A DNA stretch of 64,000 bases from Nymphaea colorata (GCF_008831285.2 NC_045138.2:13392001-13456000), one strand, 5' to 3'; positions 22,049 through 35,702 are shown, counted from the stretch's first letter. Notes: a model not told the origin generated them from the letters alone. Numbers and translations are program-made.

Positions 22049-25000
22049 TCAAGATAAATATCTGACCCAAGTGTTGGGTCTCTCCCCTGCATAACACCTT
22101 AGATACGTCTCTAAGGTTCGGTTGACCACCTCGCTTTGGCCATCTGTTTGCGGATGGTGTGCTGTACTGGAGTTGATCTTTGTTCCTGCCATCCTCATAT
22201 ACTCTTTCCAAAAGGTGCTCATGAAGATTGAATCTCGATCACAGACAATTGATCGAGGCATCCCATGGAGCTTTTCGATGTAGTCCTGGAACATGGTGGC
22301 TACTAGTGGCCCTTGGTAGTGCTTTGGCAAGGGAACAAAGTGGCTATACTTCGTTAATCTATCCACCACCACCATTACTGCTTCCTTCCCTTCAGCTTTC
22401 GGCATTGCATCTATAAAATCCATCGATATATCATGCCATGGTCTGTCAGGAATTGGAAGGGGGTTCAGTAACCCAGGAGGCTTCATCGCCTCGTACTTCT
22501 CCCTTTGACAGATGTTGCATGATTTTACATATTGTCTCACATCTGCCTTCAGCCCTTCCCACCAAAATTGAACTTTAATGTGCCCAAGAGTCTTCGCAAC
22601 TCCCTCATGGCCTGCTTCCGGGGAGTCGTGAAAGTGCTTCAAAAGTTCTCGTTTTAATGTAGACCCCTTGGGCACCACGATTCTTCCTTTGCGACATAAC
22701 TTGTCGCCTAGCAACGAAAACCTAGGAATCGACCCTGGGTTTTGTGTGAGAGAGGTCTTTAATGAGCTCAGTTCTTCATCAGAGTCCTGCTCCGCTACAA
22801 TTCGACCCCAAATGTCTGACTCGAGCACTGATAAGGTCATAATATGCTCAGGCATCCTGGATAACGAATCAGCAGCTGAATTTTCCACTCCTTTCTTATA
22901 CTCGATCGTGAAGTCGTATCCCAACAACTTGGCTAACCATCTTTGCTGTGTTGGGGTTGAGATACGCTGCTTCACCATGTACCTCAAGCTGCTATGATCA
23001 GTCCTTATGATGAATCTCCTTCCTATCAGGTAGGGTCTCCATTTTTCTACTGCGAGGACTATCGCCAAAAGCTCCTTCTCATAGGTTGATAGCGGTTTGG
23101 CTCTGCTCGTTAGAGCTTTTGACATGAACGCTATAGGATGTCCCTCCTGACTCAGTACAGCACCAACGCCAATGTCGCTGGCGTCAGTCTCCACCACAAA
23201 TTCTTTGGAGAAGTCTGGTAAAGTAAGGACTGGTGCGCTCATCATGGCGGCCTTAAGCTTTACGAAGGCTTCCTTGGCCTTGTCAGACCATTTAAACTCC
23301 CCTTTCTTCAACATGTGTGTGAGTGGGGAAGCTATGAGGCCATATCCTTGTATAAACCTTCGATAATAACCAGTTAACCCTAAAAATCCGCGTAATCCTC
23401 GAGGGTCTTTTGGTTGAGGCCACTGCTCCATCGCCATTAGTTTCTCCGGATCTGCCCTCACACCATCTTCTGACACGATATGCCCCAAATAGCCTATCGA
23501 TGCTTGGCCAAAACTGCACTTCGACCTCTTTGCGAACAAGGTGTGCTTCCTGAGAATCTGTAAGACTATCCTAAGGTGCTCTACATGATCTAGAACAGTC
23601 TTGCTATAAACTAAGATATCATCGAAGAAAACTAAAACAAAACTCCTAAGATACTGCCTAAAAATGTCATTCATGCACCTTTGAAAGGTTGCAGGTGCAT
23701 TGGTCAATCCAAACGGCATAACTAAAAACTCGTAATGTCCATCATGTGTCCTAAATGCCGTCTTGGAGATGTCATCTTCTGCCATCCTAATCTGGTGATA
23801 ACCCGCTCTAAGATCCAGCTTTGAAAATACTGTAGCTCCTGTCAACTCATCCAGCAGCTCATCTATGACTGGGATAGGATGTCTGTCCTTCACAGTCGCT
23901 TCGTTTAAGGCTCTGTAGTCTACACAGAACCTCCAAGTGTTGTCTTTCTTCTTCACGAGTAGTACAGGTGAAGAGAAAGGACTCGAACTGGAACGTATAA
24001 TACCTGATTCCTTCATTTCTTTTACCAATTTCTCAATCTCGGCCTTCTGAGTGTAACCATACCTGTAGGGCCTCACGTTGACTGGTTCTGTTCCATTTGT
24101 AAGGACAATTCGATGGTCATAAGACCTCTGGGGTGGTAGTCCTTTAGGCTCTTTGAATATGTCCTCATAGTCTTCGAGCACGAGCTGAACTTGAGGTGGA
24201 ACTATCTCTTCTTCTATCTCCTGGGGCGTGATATCCTTGGCTACTGACACTAGCCATATTGCGGGTTGTTGCCCAGTCAGGGCTCTGATGGCTGCTTTAG
24301 GTTCAATTGTACAATTGACAGCCTTGAGGGTGATCCTGTCTTCACCACCCTCCTTAAGAAAGCTCATATGCATGTGAGCGAAGTTCCAAGATATGTCGCC
24401 CAATGTTTCTAACCACTGAACTCCCAAGACTACATCAACGCTACCTAAAGGAACAACTAACAAATCTACTTGGAAGGGGGCTCTCTGCAGTAAAAGTTCC
24501 ACATTCTTACACTTGCGGTTGCAAGATAAACTAGCCCCATTCGCTACTAAAACCTTGAGAGGAGGTTGGATCTCCTTCTCACACTCGATTTCCTGTGCCA
24601 CTTGATCACTCACAAAGTTGTGAGTGGCTCCTGAATCCAATAAAACTAAGACTCTCCTATTCCCTATCCTACCTAACACTCTCATCGCATTAGGTTTATC
24701 TGGGTCTGCTAGAAGATGACAGACACTATCTAGATTGGTTGTTGCCTCAGTGTCTTCACTTTGTTCCTGTGGGGATGAATCCTCATGCTCCTCTGGTTCT
24801 ACCTCTTCCTCATCTGAGCTATCCTCAATGACTTCAAAAAGTTGAAGTTGCTTGCACTTATGTCCTCTCTCGTACTTTCCCTTGCAGTAAAAGCACAATC
24901 TCTTAGCAATCATCTCCTCACGGTCTTTTCTGCTAATGAATGTAGTCGGAAGATGCTCACGGTTGAAGGGTTTGGTCTCTTCCTTTCTGTAAGGTGGTTG

Positions 25001-26122
25001 TTGTTGAGGGTTCCTAGGTGGGATTGGACGAGGTCTAGCAGGTTCAGAATATTTGGTGATCCTCCTAAGAGCTAGTTTCTTCTTCTTCTTCTCTTCGATG
25101 GTCCTAGCCCTAGCAAAGCACTCACCTAAGCTAGTGTACCTCTCAGTCCTCATACTGATCTGGATCTCTTCTTTTAACCCACCTGTGAAGGCTGCGATAA
25201 GGGACTTTGGAGTCCAAGACACCATACTAGCTAAGTTCTCAAATTCGCCCTGATAATCTTGAACTGTAGAAGTTTGCTTCAGATTCTTCAATTCAATGTC
25301 ATAGTCTATGTACATAGACTCTCCAAACCGGTATTGCAGAACTTCCTTGAAGTGCTCCCACTCGTACACGGGCTGGTTATGTTTCTGCCATCTCCACCAT
25401 CTTCGTGCTTCTCCTTCAAAGTGTAGAGATGCCGTCTGGATCCACTCCTGCTCTGGAATTAGTTGACAAGCGAAGTACTCCTCGACTTGGAAGATCCAAT
25501 CCTGAGCCTCTTTCCCATTGAATCTCGGAAACTCTATCCTCACTGAAGACACTCTTGGAACCATAGGTTGTCGATTCCTTCTTTCACGAAATTCTCTGAA
25601 TTCTTCCCATTCCTCATCCATCATTCTGGTTCGAGGGGCCACTTCTTGAAAGGGTGGTTGACCTCGATAGAATCCCTGTGGAAATCCCCTTGGAGCGGGT
25701 TGATGCTCCCTTTCCTCAGGTTCTACCCTACTCGCTTGAGCCTCGTAGGATCTAGGATCTGTGGATGGACGACCCCTAAACGGAAGACATGCGCTAGTTT
25801 CAACCATGGGGGTTCCGCCTAGTATACCTTTCCCTTTACTGACTTCTTGAGATGTCACTTGCGATCCGCGTTGGTTGGATGCAAGATTAAGAGAGATTGA
25901 CTTAATCATGTTCTTGAGTTCATCGATTTCATCCAACTTGTTCAATTTAGCCTTATATTCTCCCATCTCTTGGCGCAGTTGATACAACTCGCCTTCGAGT
26001 TGAATCATGCGCCCAATAGTGTGGGTCTCCGTTTCTAGAACGGACGTCTCTTCCTGACTCGAGCCGTTTTCTTCTAGCTCGACCGCTTCTTGGACCACCG
26101 GTTGCTTGCCCTTCCTTGTCAT
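22049..26122 (-). CDS. Gag-Pol polyprotein (Gag, protease, RT, RNase H, integrase core), ends at a premature TGA
   Basis: Zinc knuckle [14 protein letters not shown]; protease [37 protein letters not shown]; RNase [14 protein letters not shown]; integrase HHCC and SMDFI..DRD..GQSE. Confidence 0.95.
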   Translation of the reverse strand: MTRKGKQPVVQEAVELEENGSSQEETSVLETETHTIGRMIQLEGELYQLRQEMGEYKAKLNKLDEIDELKNMIKSISLNLASNQRGSQVTSQEVSKGKGILGGTPMVETSACLPFRGRPSTDPRSYEAQASRVEPEEREHQPAPRGFPQGFYRGQPPFQEVAPRTRMMDEEWEEFREFRERRNRQPMVPRVSSVRIEFPRFNGKEAQDWIFQVEEYFACQLIPEQEWIQTASLHFEGEARRWWRWQKHNQPVYEWEHFKEVLQYRFGESMYIDYDIELKNLKQTSTVQDYQGEFENLASMVSWTPKSLIAAFTGGLKEEIQISMRTERYTSLGECFARARTIEEKKKKKLALRRITKYSEPARPRPIPPRNPQQQPPYRKEETKPFNREHLPTTFISRKDREEMIAKRLCFYCKGKYERGHKCKQLQLFEVIEDSSDEEEVEPEEHEDSSPQEQSEDTEATTNLDSVCHLLADPDKPNAMRVLGRIGNRRVLVLLDSGATHNFVSDQVAQEIECEKEIQPPLKVLVANGASLSCNRKCKNVELLLQRAPFQVDLLVVPLGSVDVVLGVQWLETLGDISWNFAHMHMSFLKEGGEDRITLKAVNCTIEPKAAIRALTGQQPAIWLVSVAKDITPQEIEEEIVPPQVQLVLEDYEDIFKEPKGLPPQRSYDHRIVLTNGTEPVNVRPYRYGYTQKAEIEKLVKEMKESGIIRSSSSPFSSPVLLVKKKDNTWRFCVDYRALNEATVKDRHPIPVIDELLDELTGATVFSKLDLRAGYHQIRMAEDDISKTAFRTHDGHYEFLVMPFGLTNAPATFQRCMNDIFRQYLRSFVLVFFDDILVYSKTVLDHVEHLRIVLQILRKHTLFAKRSKCSFGQASIGYLGHIVSEDGVRADPEKLMAMEQWPQPKDPRGLRGFLGLTGYYRRFIQGYGLIASPLTHMLKKGEFKWSDKAKEAFVKLKAAMMSAPVLTLPDFSKEFVVETDASDIGVGAVLSQEGHPIAFMSKALTSRAKPLSTYEKELLAIVLAVEKWRPYLIGRRFIIRTDHSSLRYMVKQRISTPTQQRWLAKLLGYDFTIEYKKGVENSAADSLSRMPEHIMTLSVLESDIWGRIVAEQDSDEELSSLKTSLTQNPGSIPRFSLLGDKLCRKGRIVVPKGSTLKRELLKHFHDSPEAGHEGVAKTLGHIKVQFWWEGLKADVRQYVKSCNICQREKYEAMKPPGLLNPLPIPDRPWHDISMDFIDAMPKAEGKEAVMVVVDRLTKYSHFVPLPKHYQGPLVATMFQDYIEKLHGMPRSIVCDRDSIFMSTFWKEYMRMAGTKINSSTAHHPQTDGQSEVVNRTLETYLRCYAGERPNTWVRYLS

Positions 26123-26500
26123 TGGGACGTAGGTTGTAGTCCCAAACTTACTCGACTCAAGAGAATCAAGGCGAAATCACCTAGTTGAACTAGTCACTAA
26201 TGAATGCTTCAATAAGCAAAGTTGTGCCCACTCGACTAAACCAATCAATCATTCAACAAGAAATCCTAATTATGCTAGGTTCTGGAAAATTGCAGAAATG
26301 TAAAGCAAGCTTAAAATCTAATTCTAGATACTTCAAACTCTAAGGAAAACAGAAATTTAACTCATGCAAATTCTAACTCCAACAAGCGACTACTCTAGCT
26401 ACCCGATTCTCCCGAAAACTGAAAATTTCAGAGATATAACAACTTAGACCCTATGATATGTTTTCAAACGACGAAAGCAAGCATAGGAGACCTCCACGTT

Positions 26501-26513
26501 GGCTCTGATACCA
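26501..26513 (-). promoter_or_regulatory. Primer binding site, tRNA-iMet
   Basis: Minus strand TGGTATCAGAGCC, 3 nt downstream of the 5' LTR. Confidence 0.92.
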
Positions 26514-26516
26514 AAT

Positions 26517-29273
26517 TGGTAGGACCTAGCTCCCGTATAGGCAACAGCCCAGTCCTAGCGTCGATCCTACTTCCCCAAGATCCTCGTAGAGGGTCCTTAC
26601 GTCTCTAGGGAGAGTTAAATGGCACTAAGCAAGATGATTATAATAGTAATGATGGAAATCAAACTAATCTCAGTCACAAAGACGACCTGACCTCGATCTG
26701 CCGCTGAATCTGGGAGTCACTTGAGTAATGGCTGAAAGAATGACACACCAAAATGAAGAGGACGCGAAGGAATGAGGGGACGCCGGTAAAACGCTGCTCA
26801 ATCTTCCTCTGCAATCTGATTGAAGTTGAAACACCAGTTGATACAGTAGATGGGGTGCTGCGACTCAACAGGGAAGATCTCCTAGCTCAGCCCGCCTGGC
26901 TGAGTGCAGTGGTAGCGCACGGATGAGGCCGAAGTGGGTCGGCCTAAGTCACTTGGGCGATGAGAGTTCAACCCAAGGATGCACGCCTCTTGAACTTTGT
27001 AATGCTGGTTTTGACTTGGGCAGCTCGGTCTAGAGCTGAGGAGTACTCTAGCTACGGTCAAGTGATGGAAGCTCGGTCATTAGAGCCTTGGTATATCCTT
27101 ATGTGAGGCTGGCTTGGGGACAGCTTGGGAAAGAAGGGCTTGGACCGCTTCCTCTACGGTGTGAAGGAGGGATCTAAGGGTGTGAGGTTTAGGAGCTTGA
27201 GATTATGTAGTGAAGTCAAGGATGAGGGCAGTGGGTAAGACAAGGCTTACGGGCTTATGATTGACTAAAAAAAAGTTACTAAAAATGGCCACATGGGAAA
27301 GGGGCCAAATGAGGGCCCTCCTCTCACGGATGGAGATGGATTCCTAAAAAAAATGGATTCTAACTCAAATGTAGGGATTGGGACGTGAGGTGGCAAAGGT
27401 CTAGGTGATGACGGTTAATTGGGACTCCTAAAACTTTGGATGAGATTCCACCAAATGTGGACTCTTTTGGTAGCAGATTTCTCCAAGATAATCAAATGTG
27501 GCAACGTGGCATCTCTAGAATCATTTGACCCCATTGTAAGAACTCCTCATTGATTCTTAGCCCAATCCTAGCTAAAAAGGTGGAGCTTCCCAAAGATCGA
27601 CTCCAACCTCTCTTCACTTTATGCGATACTCAATTTTTGATCAATGGTGGACGTTTTTACCCCTTCAAATGACTAACTCCTTTCGTGGCAATGAGGGGTA
27701 AATAAGACCTTGGGCGTGGTTGCCCAGAAGGTGCAGATGGTAGCCGGAAAAATGGCAGAGGTGGCCGGAAAACCAGAATTTTTCGGTGATTTGTATTTTG
27801 CAAACGCCTTGGCCGTTCTACGCGAAACCACCAGCGTTCTTCTTCTCTTCTCGCGCTGATTTTTCTCCTATGCTTCTTTGTTGGCTTTGATGGTATTTCA
27901 CCGTAGAACGTGTTGATGGAATACTGATTTTCTGGTGAAAACTCCAGCAAGTTCTGTGTTTCTCTTTGAAGAAGCTCGGCCCTTACTAGATCAAATTTGA
28001 ACTTTCTTTCAACGTTGGCAAGCGCGTCTCCTTTGGAATCCTTCTAAGACTTGTAAAACCTAGTTTAGAAGTGACTTCCGCGCAAAGAAGATGATGGAAT
28101 CTTGGCTGTGACTCAAGAGTTCCAACCCCTCCCTCGAGAGATCCAAAACTAAACTAAGCCAACACGTTACTTAGACAATTCCAAAATGGGAACGAACTAA
28201 CCTTTCTTTCTTGATTCACGTTGGTTTGCTGCGCTACTAGGGATGAAACCGCAGCCTCCTTTGTGCGTCTAGAGCCTCTGACTCCTCTGATATGGCAGAG
28301 GAATTGCACCCCAGGCTTGCAGATCCGAGGTGAAGTCGAAGTGTTGAAAATCCCCCTAGGGCCGTGGCTCGCCTAGAGGAATCACCGCTCCTTCTTCTTC
28401 AACGTTGGAGATAAATAGACTAGGAGGGGATGACAAGAGAGATGATGGAAGAAGAAGAGAGGAGAGGGAGACAAGAGGGGGAAGAGAGGCCAGCACGCTG
28501 GTCTTAGGAGAGTTGAGGAGAGAAGAGAGACAAGGGAGAGAGGGATTGACGTGAAGAGAGGAGGAACGTGAGGAGAGAGAGAGGCAAAAATCAAATGATC
28601 TAAAATTCTCAAAATTGCATATCCAGTCCCTTGATCCAATTCAATTTATACAAGTGTATTCAAATCTGGATTCCAAACATGAATCCAGCCCCAAAACTCA
28701 AAATGAAATGCATAGACATAATAAAAGCGATATCATCCCAAGTCACAACCCGACTTGGTAAGTAATGAATGGAATTATGCGAATGAATGAATATGTAACC
28801 AAATCGAATAGAGAAAACCAAACACTAAGTGTAACTCATGAATAAAAACTCCTCTTGAGCCATGTGAGCTCAAGATGGAAACCACTTGCTTAGCACACCC
28901 ATCTAGCCTCCTCGAGCTGGGCTCAACTCGACTAGATGACCTCCCTAGACTCGCGCAAACCCGACTCTAAGGACTTGGGTTTTGGACTCGACTCAAGAAC
29001 TAAACTTAGGCCTATACTGGACTAAATCCTAGGAATTTGGTTTCCTAGCCCCTGGTTTCTCCATGTACCGGCCTTCCTTGCTCGAAAACCTATCCTAGAG
29101 CCGTTGCTATTCCACCCTCACCTCCCACTGCTAACGCTCTAGGTTCTGAATTTCCTATGTTCTCAATTGTTGGGACGTTGGACCCAAGAATTTCTAAGGG
29201 TTCCGTCCTAACCTCACTAGTCTCGCTTAACCCCTGCTTAGTCCTAGTGTGGGTCCTAAGTGGGCTCGTATCA
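26517..29273 (-). repeat. 5' LTR
   Basis: Minus strand TGATAC...CTACCA, followed after 3 nt by the PBS. Confidence 0.96.
28644..28650 (-). promoter_or_regulatory. Putative LTR TATA box (second copy at 20751-20757)
   Basis: Minus strand TATAAAT ~620 bp into the LTR, followed by a CT-rich leader-like tract. Confidence 0.45.
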
Positions 29274-32200
29274 ATACACGTAGAAGAAGGACATTCAGTA
29301 AAAAAACGGGTGGTCTGCTGAAAATAGGAAATAGCCGAGAGGCACAATTGTCTCACTGGTAGTAAATACCACTTTTACTTTTCGGGGTGTGGGAAAGGAC
29401 CGCCCTTTTTGGCTTCAGTTCAGTTCAGCTGAGCTGATGATGGGTGGAGAAGAGAAAAGGAGGAGAGCCCCCTCTCTCTTTCTCCCTCGCCTAGCTTTTT
29501 CAAATTCTCAACCGCAGAATCGAAACATGTACCGAATGCTGAGCCCCTTTTGACCTTCGTGAAAGTAAAAAGGCGCTGCGTTGATATCTGGTAATACCAG
29601 ATCAGATCAGATCAATACTATGGAATGGAAGATGAAAGAATAGAAGACGCTGCTGATACGTATACAGCCAAGAAGGGGTCTGCGATGAAGATATGTAAAC
29701 GTACCATGAGCATACTTCACTCTAGCGTTTGGAGTTCAAGACGAGCCGCCTTCATTCTTGTTAATTCATTTTTGTTCTTTCTTACACTTGGAGACTGAGT
29801 AATTTATGCTTTTTTTTCATTTAAATCAATGTGCTGAACCAGGAAGACCTTCTACCGCTAGCGAAAGGATTAGTGAAGAAGAGGCAAATTAAGTAGGTGT
29901 ATCATAGTTTTCAGAAAAACGAGGGGGCGCATATCGAGAAAGCCTTTTCTTTTTTGTTTTGTTTCGAGATGACGGCCGACTGTTTGGCCGGCAACCGAAG
30001 GCAGCAGGGGCCTTCTGATAAGGTTTCAATTTCATGCGTAAAAAATTGCGGTGATATTAATGCAGCGGGACGTCTGATACATGCGGCAGCCTTAGAGACC
30101 TATGACAGCAACTGTCACCATTAGTCAGAAAATGAGTTGAGAGGGAAGGGGAAGGAAGGGACCCCTTCTCCACCAGCCATCCGCATCTCCTTGTGTTCAC
30201 TCTTCCCCATTTAGACACAGTCACAATCAATTCCTAAATTTAGAAGCAGTATCGAAGTTGCTTAGTTTGTTGTTTTTCTGCTATAATAATATTAACATGC
30301 AAGTATGGCGAAGTAGTTGTCCTCTGAAGCTGAGTGCTCGATCGGGATTCATCCCTGTTATGAAATGAACGTGTATCATGTATGTTCAATCCCATGACAT
30401 CTGCCTCCATCTTCTTTCTTTCTTTCCCATATATATATATATATATATATATTAAAAAGAAAAAAGAAAGAAAAAGGAGAGTTGAAAAAAAAAGGAAATT
30501 AGTATATCTGCGAGGAAATTGATTTCGTCAATCAGTGTGAGGTTGAAAATATGTTTCTGACCCCGTGCATTTATGAAAGTTGTACACCGTGTGGAAGGAT
30601 GATAGTGACGAATATCAGCCGTACTCAGAACGTCACATCAAGGAGGAGAAATTTAAAAAGAAAACAACAATTATGCAGCTTTGATCCAAAAAATTGGCAG
30701 CCGAGACAATTATGTCATGTTTTTTTTTTTTGGCTGTTTTTCTCCGCCAAATTGCGTCCCCTGTATATGCTAGCTAGGCCAAAAGAGGCGGATATGTCGA
30801 TTTCTGAAATGTTCTTTCTCATTGCAAGGTCAAAAATCACTGGAACCTATTTTTCTTCCTAAAATTGTCCTTCATCTCTGCGTATTAGATCGTACGTAAT
30901 GAATAAAGTGCGATGCCAAATTGCAATCGAAAACATATGCAGTCCCAAGCTGATCATTTGCTTCGAACAATGAAAAGTGAAAAGGTAAGCAGCCAGACAA
31001 GTTTCCGACTGCATGAATGAGTAAAACAACAAAAAAGAAGAAAAAGACGCGCTAATGCGATGCCAAAATTAATTAATCGGTGCCGGTGGTGCTTCGTCTC
31101 TCTTTGGAGTAAATGTGGGGAGGAAGGAAGAACCGATGGATTTGGTGCATGTGAGTGGAGTGTACTGCAACAACAGTACTGCTACTCAATGAGTCGAGAG
31201 AGAGAGCAGAGGTGCATGAAAGGGAGGGAGGGAGGGAGAGGAGAGAGCCAGAGAGGAGAGACAAGGGCACATGTGCGCAACGCCTGTCACGGCCGCTGCC
31301 TCTGCACTTGCTTCATATGCTTCCCCACAAAGGACGCATAAGATTTTCAACTGCTTTTAATGAGCAGTCAGTGCCATAAAGCGATGGGAGTAACACGCGG
31401 CTATATTCTCACCTAGCTCCATTTACTTACTTACCCCGTTGTGCATGCATGGATGACATTGCTACATCATGTTCCAACAACGAAACTAGTTAGCTATGTC
31501 AATACATTCTTTAATGAGAAAGAAACAACTCTAAATTGAATTTCAGAAGACCTAAACCTCCATATGATTATGATCTTCTACTTCTGTCTCCAAATTAAAT
31601 GTTCCTCTTCTATCTTCAAGCAATGTAAGATTATTGTTTCCTTTCTTGACGGGCAGTACTGCAAGCTCCTTTCTAGTGAAAATTCAGGACAGGAATGCCT
31701 ATGATGGGACATTTAGCTTGAAAGCCGCTGGAGTTATTACTGGAGATGGATAATATCTAAGGAACCTTAATTTCTACTGATAAGTTAACAAACAAATTCG
31801 CCTTTCCCTTCACTGATCAACTTGATTAACTAATTTCCCGAGAACCATTGCGCTAGTACTTCAGATGCTTTCTGCTACGCACATAATGATATATATATAT
31901 ATATATATGTGTGTGTGTTTGAGAGGAGTACGCTCTCTTTCATTCTCCAGGATGGTCATCATCACCCTAATAACTAGGAATGTGTCTTAGCCTCAGGCCC
32001 ACCTGCACTAAATAAGAAGATAATGTTGCGGATGAAAGCCCGACGAGCGCTCTGCACCACTACACCCTGAAACTATAACCTACGTTAGCTTCCGCAGGCC
32101 GTCCTTCCTCTCAGAGGTCTTCATTAAATGAGCTACTTATTAGAAGCCCTTTATATATAATATACATTTGTAAGCAACGAAAGACGACCATACAGTGTCA

Positions 32201-33846
32201 GCTGGGGTTGGGTCTAAGAATGAGCAGCTCTGATCTGACTCCACCAGACTCAGAGTCAGATAAGGTGGATATAAAATCGAATCTCTGTCTGATTTGTATA
32301 AAACTTTTCACTCACATATGGATCCGACTTCAATTAGAATCTGTAGAGTTCAAGCCCAAAACTGTAGAGTCAGCACGCACGTCGGGCATTGGTTGCACAA
32401 GGAGAGTAAAAGTGGTTGGCTTCAGCCGATCAATTTGAATCTGAAGCCCTACAACGGCATTAAAGATTAAACGAAAGAAATGCCATACAGTTTTCGACGA
32501 CCATTAAAGAGAGAGAAGAAGAAAAAGAACTATTCACCGCAGGTAACAGAAGTCACTGTACATGTGGGAGCCAAGCCAACCAAAGAGAGCTTAAATCCAA
32601 AGCCATGCCGTGTTAATGAGGTTTGCAGATCATGCGTGCATGTATAGGATATGTGTCTGCTTGGAGATGAAACTGATGATTCCCCCTTGAGAGTTAGAGA
32701 AAAAGGGAAAAGACATTTCACGAGAAGACTTCGTTGCAAGTCGTCGTTTTTATAAACGTCAAAAACCTGATAATGGCAGTGGGGTTGCTTACCTTTAGCT
32801 CATTGAACCCCTTCTGATATGAACCAGAGAGGCATGAACAGCAGGCCATCAATGTGAATGATAGAATGACCCAAAAGTTGAAATTGTGGATTGAAAATGA
32901 GAGGGCCAGAAGAGGACATGATAGACCTGTACCTCCGTACAACCAAAGCTTGGAACTTTACCTCCAACTAGTGGAGAAGGAAGAGTTCAGTCTTTTTGGC
33001 TAACCAAAAAGCCATTCCATAGTGAATATGGTACTCTCTCTCTCTCTCTCTCATATTATATATATATATATATTAGCTATAGGTTGCTTGATGATGTGCT
33101 TAACAGAACGATTTAGTACCATAAATTCAATTCAATTTAGCGGGCGACATTGTGTCGAGATGTTTTCTCGTTATCTTCGTGGCCTAGGCTTTACGGCGAA
33201 CCAGTAACGACAAACGCATTATCAGCAAAAATCCACCTGCAATTATGTGTGCCCGCAACATTGTAAGGAAACATGTCCTCTTCTCACTAAGAGTTTCTCC
33301 GGCAGAAGGGGAGAGAGAGAGTTTTTGAGGCCCTCATGGTTCGTATTATTATTACAAGATCAGCCTAACTGCACCAAGACGAAGGAAGGGACTCGTGGAA
33401 AAGAATACAAAAGAAACCAGAGGAGACATTCTACCTGACCCCCCTCGACGTATGTCAAGACCCACCAGTCGCATACAGAGAGAGTAAGGAAGCACAACAA
33501 GGTAAGCAGACGACCCACTATGCGTCCCTCCTCTGTGTATAACTCACTCAAAGTGCTTCCAACAGTTGGCTTCCATTATTACTCTCCTCCGTTACACCCA
33601 TCTCCTCTGCCCAATACAAGGTTTTGCGTTCGCTTCCAAATCTCTCATGGCTGCTCTTCATTTTCCCATCTAGCTAGCAAGGCACAGCAGATGCGGCCAT
33701 GTCCTCCCCCCAACTCCCTCTTAATTCCCATGGTGTTGCACTCCTCACTAAAGTGCTCGCTAGCTAGTACGCACCGATAAATTCTTCTTGCACCTCATCT
33801 CCCCACTTCAACCAGTTCAGCGTCCCAACTGGCCCATCCTTCCTCC

Positions 33847-35702
33847 TCAACCAAGGCGAGCTACTGTGCTTTGGTTCCCCCCCTCCTGCAATCTACCCTC
33901 CATAGCTGCCCTCAGCCTTACCAGGTTCAACATGTCACATTTGGGTCTGCTACTGCCCTCGCTCATGTTGTTGTTGCAGCATGTTTCTTCCTGCAAGTCT
34001 TGCACATCAAAGCTAGCGGAAGGAGAGAGTGGAGCCCTCGTACTGCAGTCTTGAACTCCCACCACCTTCCTCAGCGCCTCCATGAACGTCGCATCTCGAG
34101 CTTCTATCCAGGCCCTCTCTTTGGCCCAGAATTCGTGCTCCCTGTGCAACCGCTCTCCTTCTTCCCTCCTCCAGGCCTCCTCCCTTGCCAGCCTCTCTTC
34201 TTCTTTCCGCTCTATGGTCTTCAGCACCTTGTCGAACCACTCCTCTTGTCTGTCCATCAACCTCTTCATCTGCTTCTCCATGTAGGCTTTCATCTTCCAC
34301 TTCCAGCTCTCCTTCTTTTTCTTCTTCTGCTTCTTTCCCTTCTCGTCTTCCGTCCCCAACTCCTCCTCTTCAGACCAGCCGGAACTCGTCGCGATGTCGA
34401 AGCCGGGAATCGCCATGCCCGCGTTCTTTTCTTCGGCAACCAGTTTCTTACCCGTTGACATGGTTTCCAGGCCGCCATTGTGCTCCTCAAGATCGAAGTC
34501 ACTGTTGGCGCTCGAATTCATGTTGGAAGTGTTAGTGTTGTTGCTGGTCTTCCCGTCGCCTCCACCGCATAGAGCCTCAAGTTGAGCATAGAACCTATAG
34601 TGCTTGCCGTCTTGCCTCCCCGTTCTCCCTTCCTTGGTCTTCTTGTAGTACTTGTACAGATTCTCAAATTTCTCCCTGCATTTCTTCCCACTTCTATGAT
34701 AGCCATACCCTTCTGCCATTTCTCTGCAAACAAATAACATCATCATCATTCTGTATGAGCGCGTGCGTGATGTGAAGGAAGGAAAAGGGAAATCAAGATG
34801 CCAATACAGGCCATTGCGTCCTGCTCGACAAAATCTTCCCTCTTGTCCAAGAGAAATACACTTAGGTTTTGGTATGTATATGGGAGCCAGAAACAGAAGA
34901 GTAAAACTTATGTGCACCGTGCATCTTTTTCTTATGTGGGCAATCTTTCATGCCACCGAGCACTCCGTTTGTTTTTTGTTGTTTCGGAAGGAAAAGAACC
35001 CTAGTCATGGTGAAACTGAGAGCAAGACGAAGGGTACAAAGAAAGGGAGATCTGGTTTTACCTGGATAGTTCCTCCCACAGCGGGCCCTTTTGAGTGGCT
35101 TCGCGGAATTTGGAGTCCAATTGCGCCCTTAGCTCGAGAAGCGTGAGGGTCTCATGCCTCGGCCACCTGCTGTTCCCCCCATCTCCTCCTCCTTTTCCTC
35201 CTTCCCCTTCCTCCAGCTTGCCGCTCGGCGAGGAACTCATGCATCTCCTGACATTATCACCGCCACCACGTCCATCACCGCCACAATTGTGGTTCCCACT
35301 GCCATGACCGCCGAGAAGCAGATTGGCACTGAGAGCAGCAGCATTGCTAGGGCCATCAGTAGAGGTGGTCGGAAGAGAGTCGCCGGAAAAGAAGTCCAAC
35401 CTCTGCGGGTACACCAGCCCTTGAAGCTGGTGACCCACCTCCTGCTGCTCCTCCTCCCCTACCACCATCATTCCTGGGTGCTGCTGCCTCCCGAACACCC
35501 CAGCATGGAAGAATCCGGCCAACCTGAACGGGTTGTGCACCACCATCTCCGGCAGTGATAGGCCGTGCATCTCCGGAGGAGGAGGAGGAGGAGGAGGAAA
35601 AGGAGGCGGAGGTTGGGGGAGGGGAGAGAGAAATTGGTGGTGGCCAGTACTCTTCACAATGGCCTCCAACTCGGTCCGGCCATACTGCTCGCCCATCTCC
35701 AT
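33847..35702 (-). CDS. PTL: Trihelix transcription factor, GT-2 clade, PETAL LOSS-like
   Basis: Exons 35702-35062 and 34723-33847 (AG|gtaaaa...tgcag|A). Start MEMGEQYG; trihelix SRWPRHETLTLLELRAQLDSKFREATQKGPLWEELSR/EMAEGYGYHRSGKKCREKFENLYKYYKKTKEG..QDGKHYRFY; coiled coil REEAWRREE..ERAWIEARDA. Confidence 0.9.

Larger units (their letters stand above)
18624..29273 (-). mobile_element. Full-length Ty3/gypsy chromovirus LTR retrotransposon (Reina-like integrase C-terminus), 10,650 bp
   Basis: Two 2757-bp LTRs (TG...CA), 5-bp TSD ATACA (18619-18623 and 29274-29278), PBS, PPT, and gag-PR-RT-RH-INT-chromodomain order. Confidence 0.97.
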
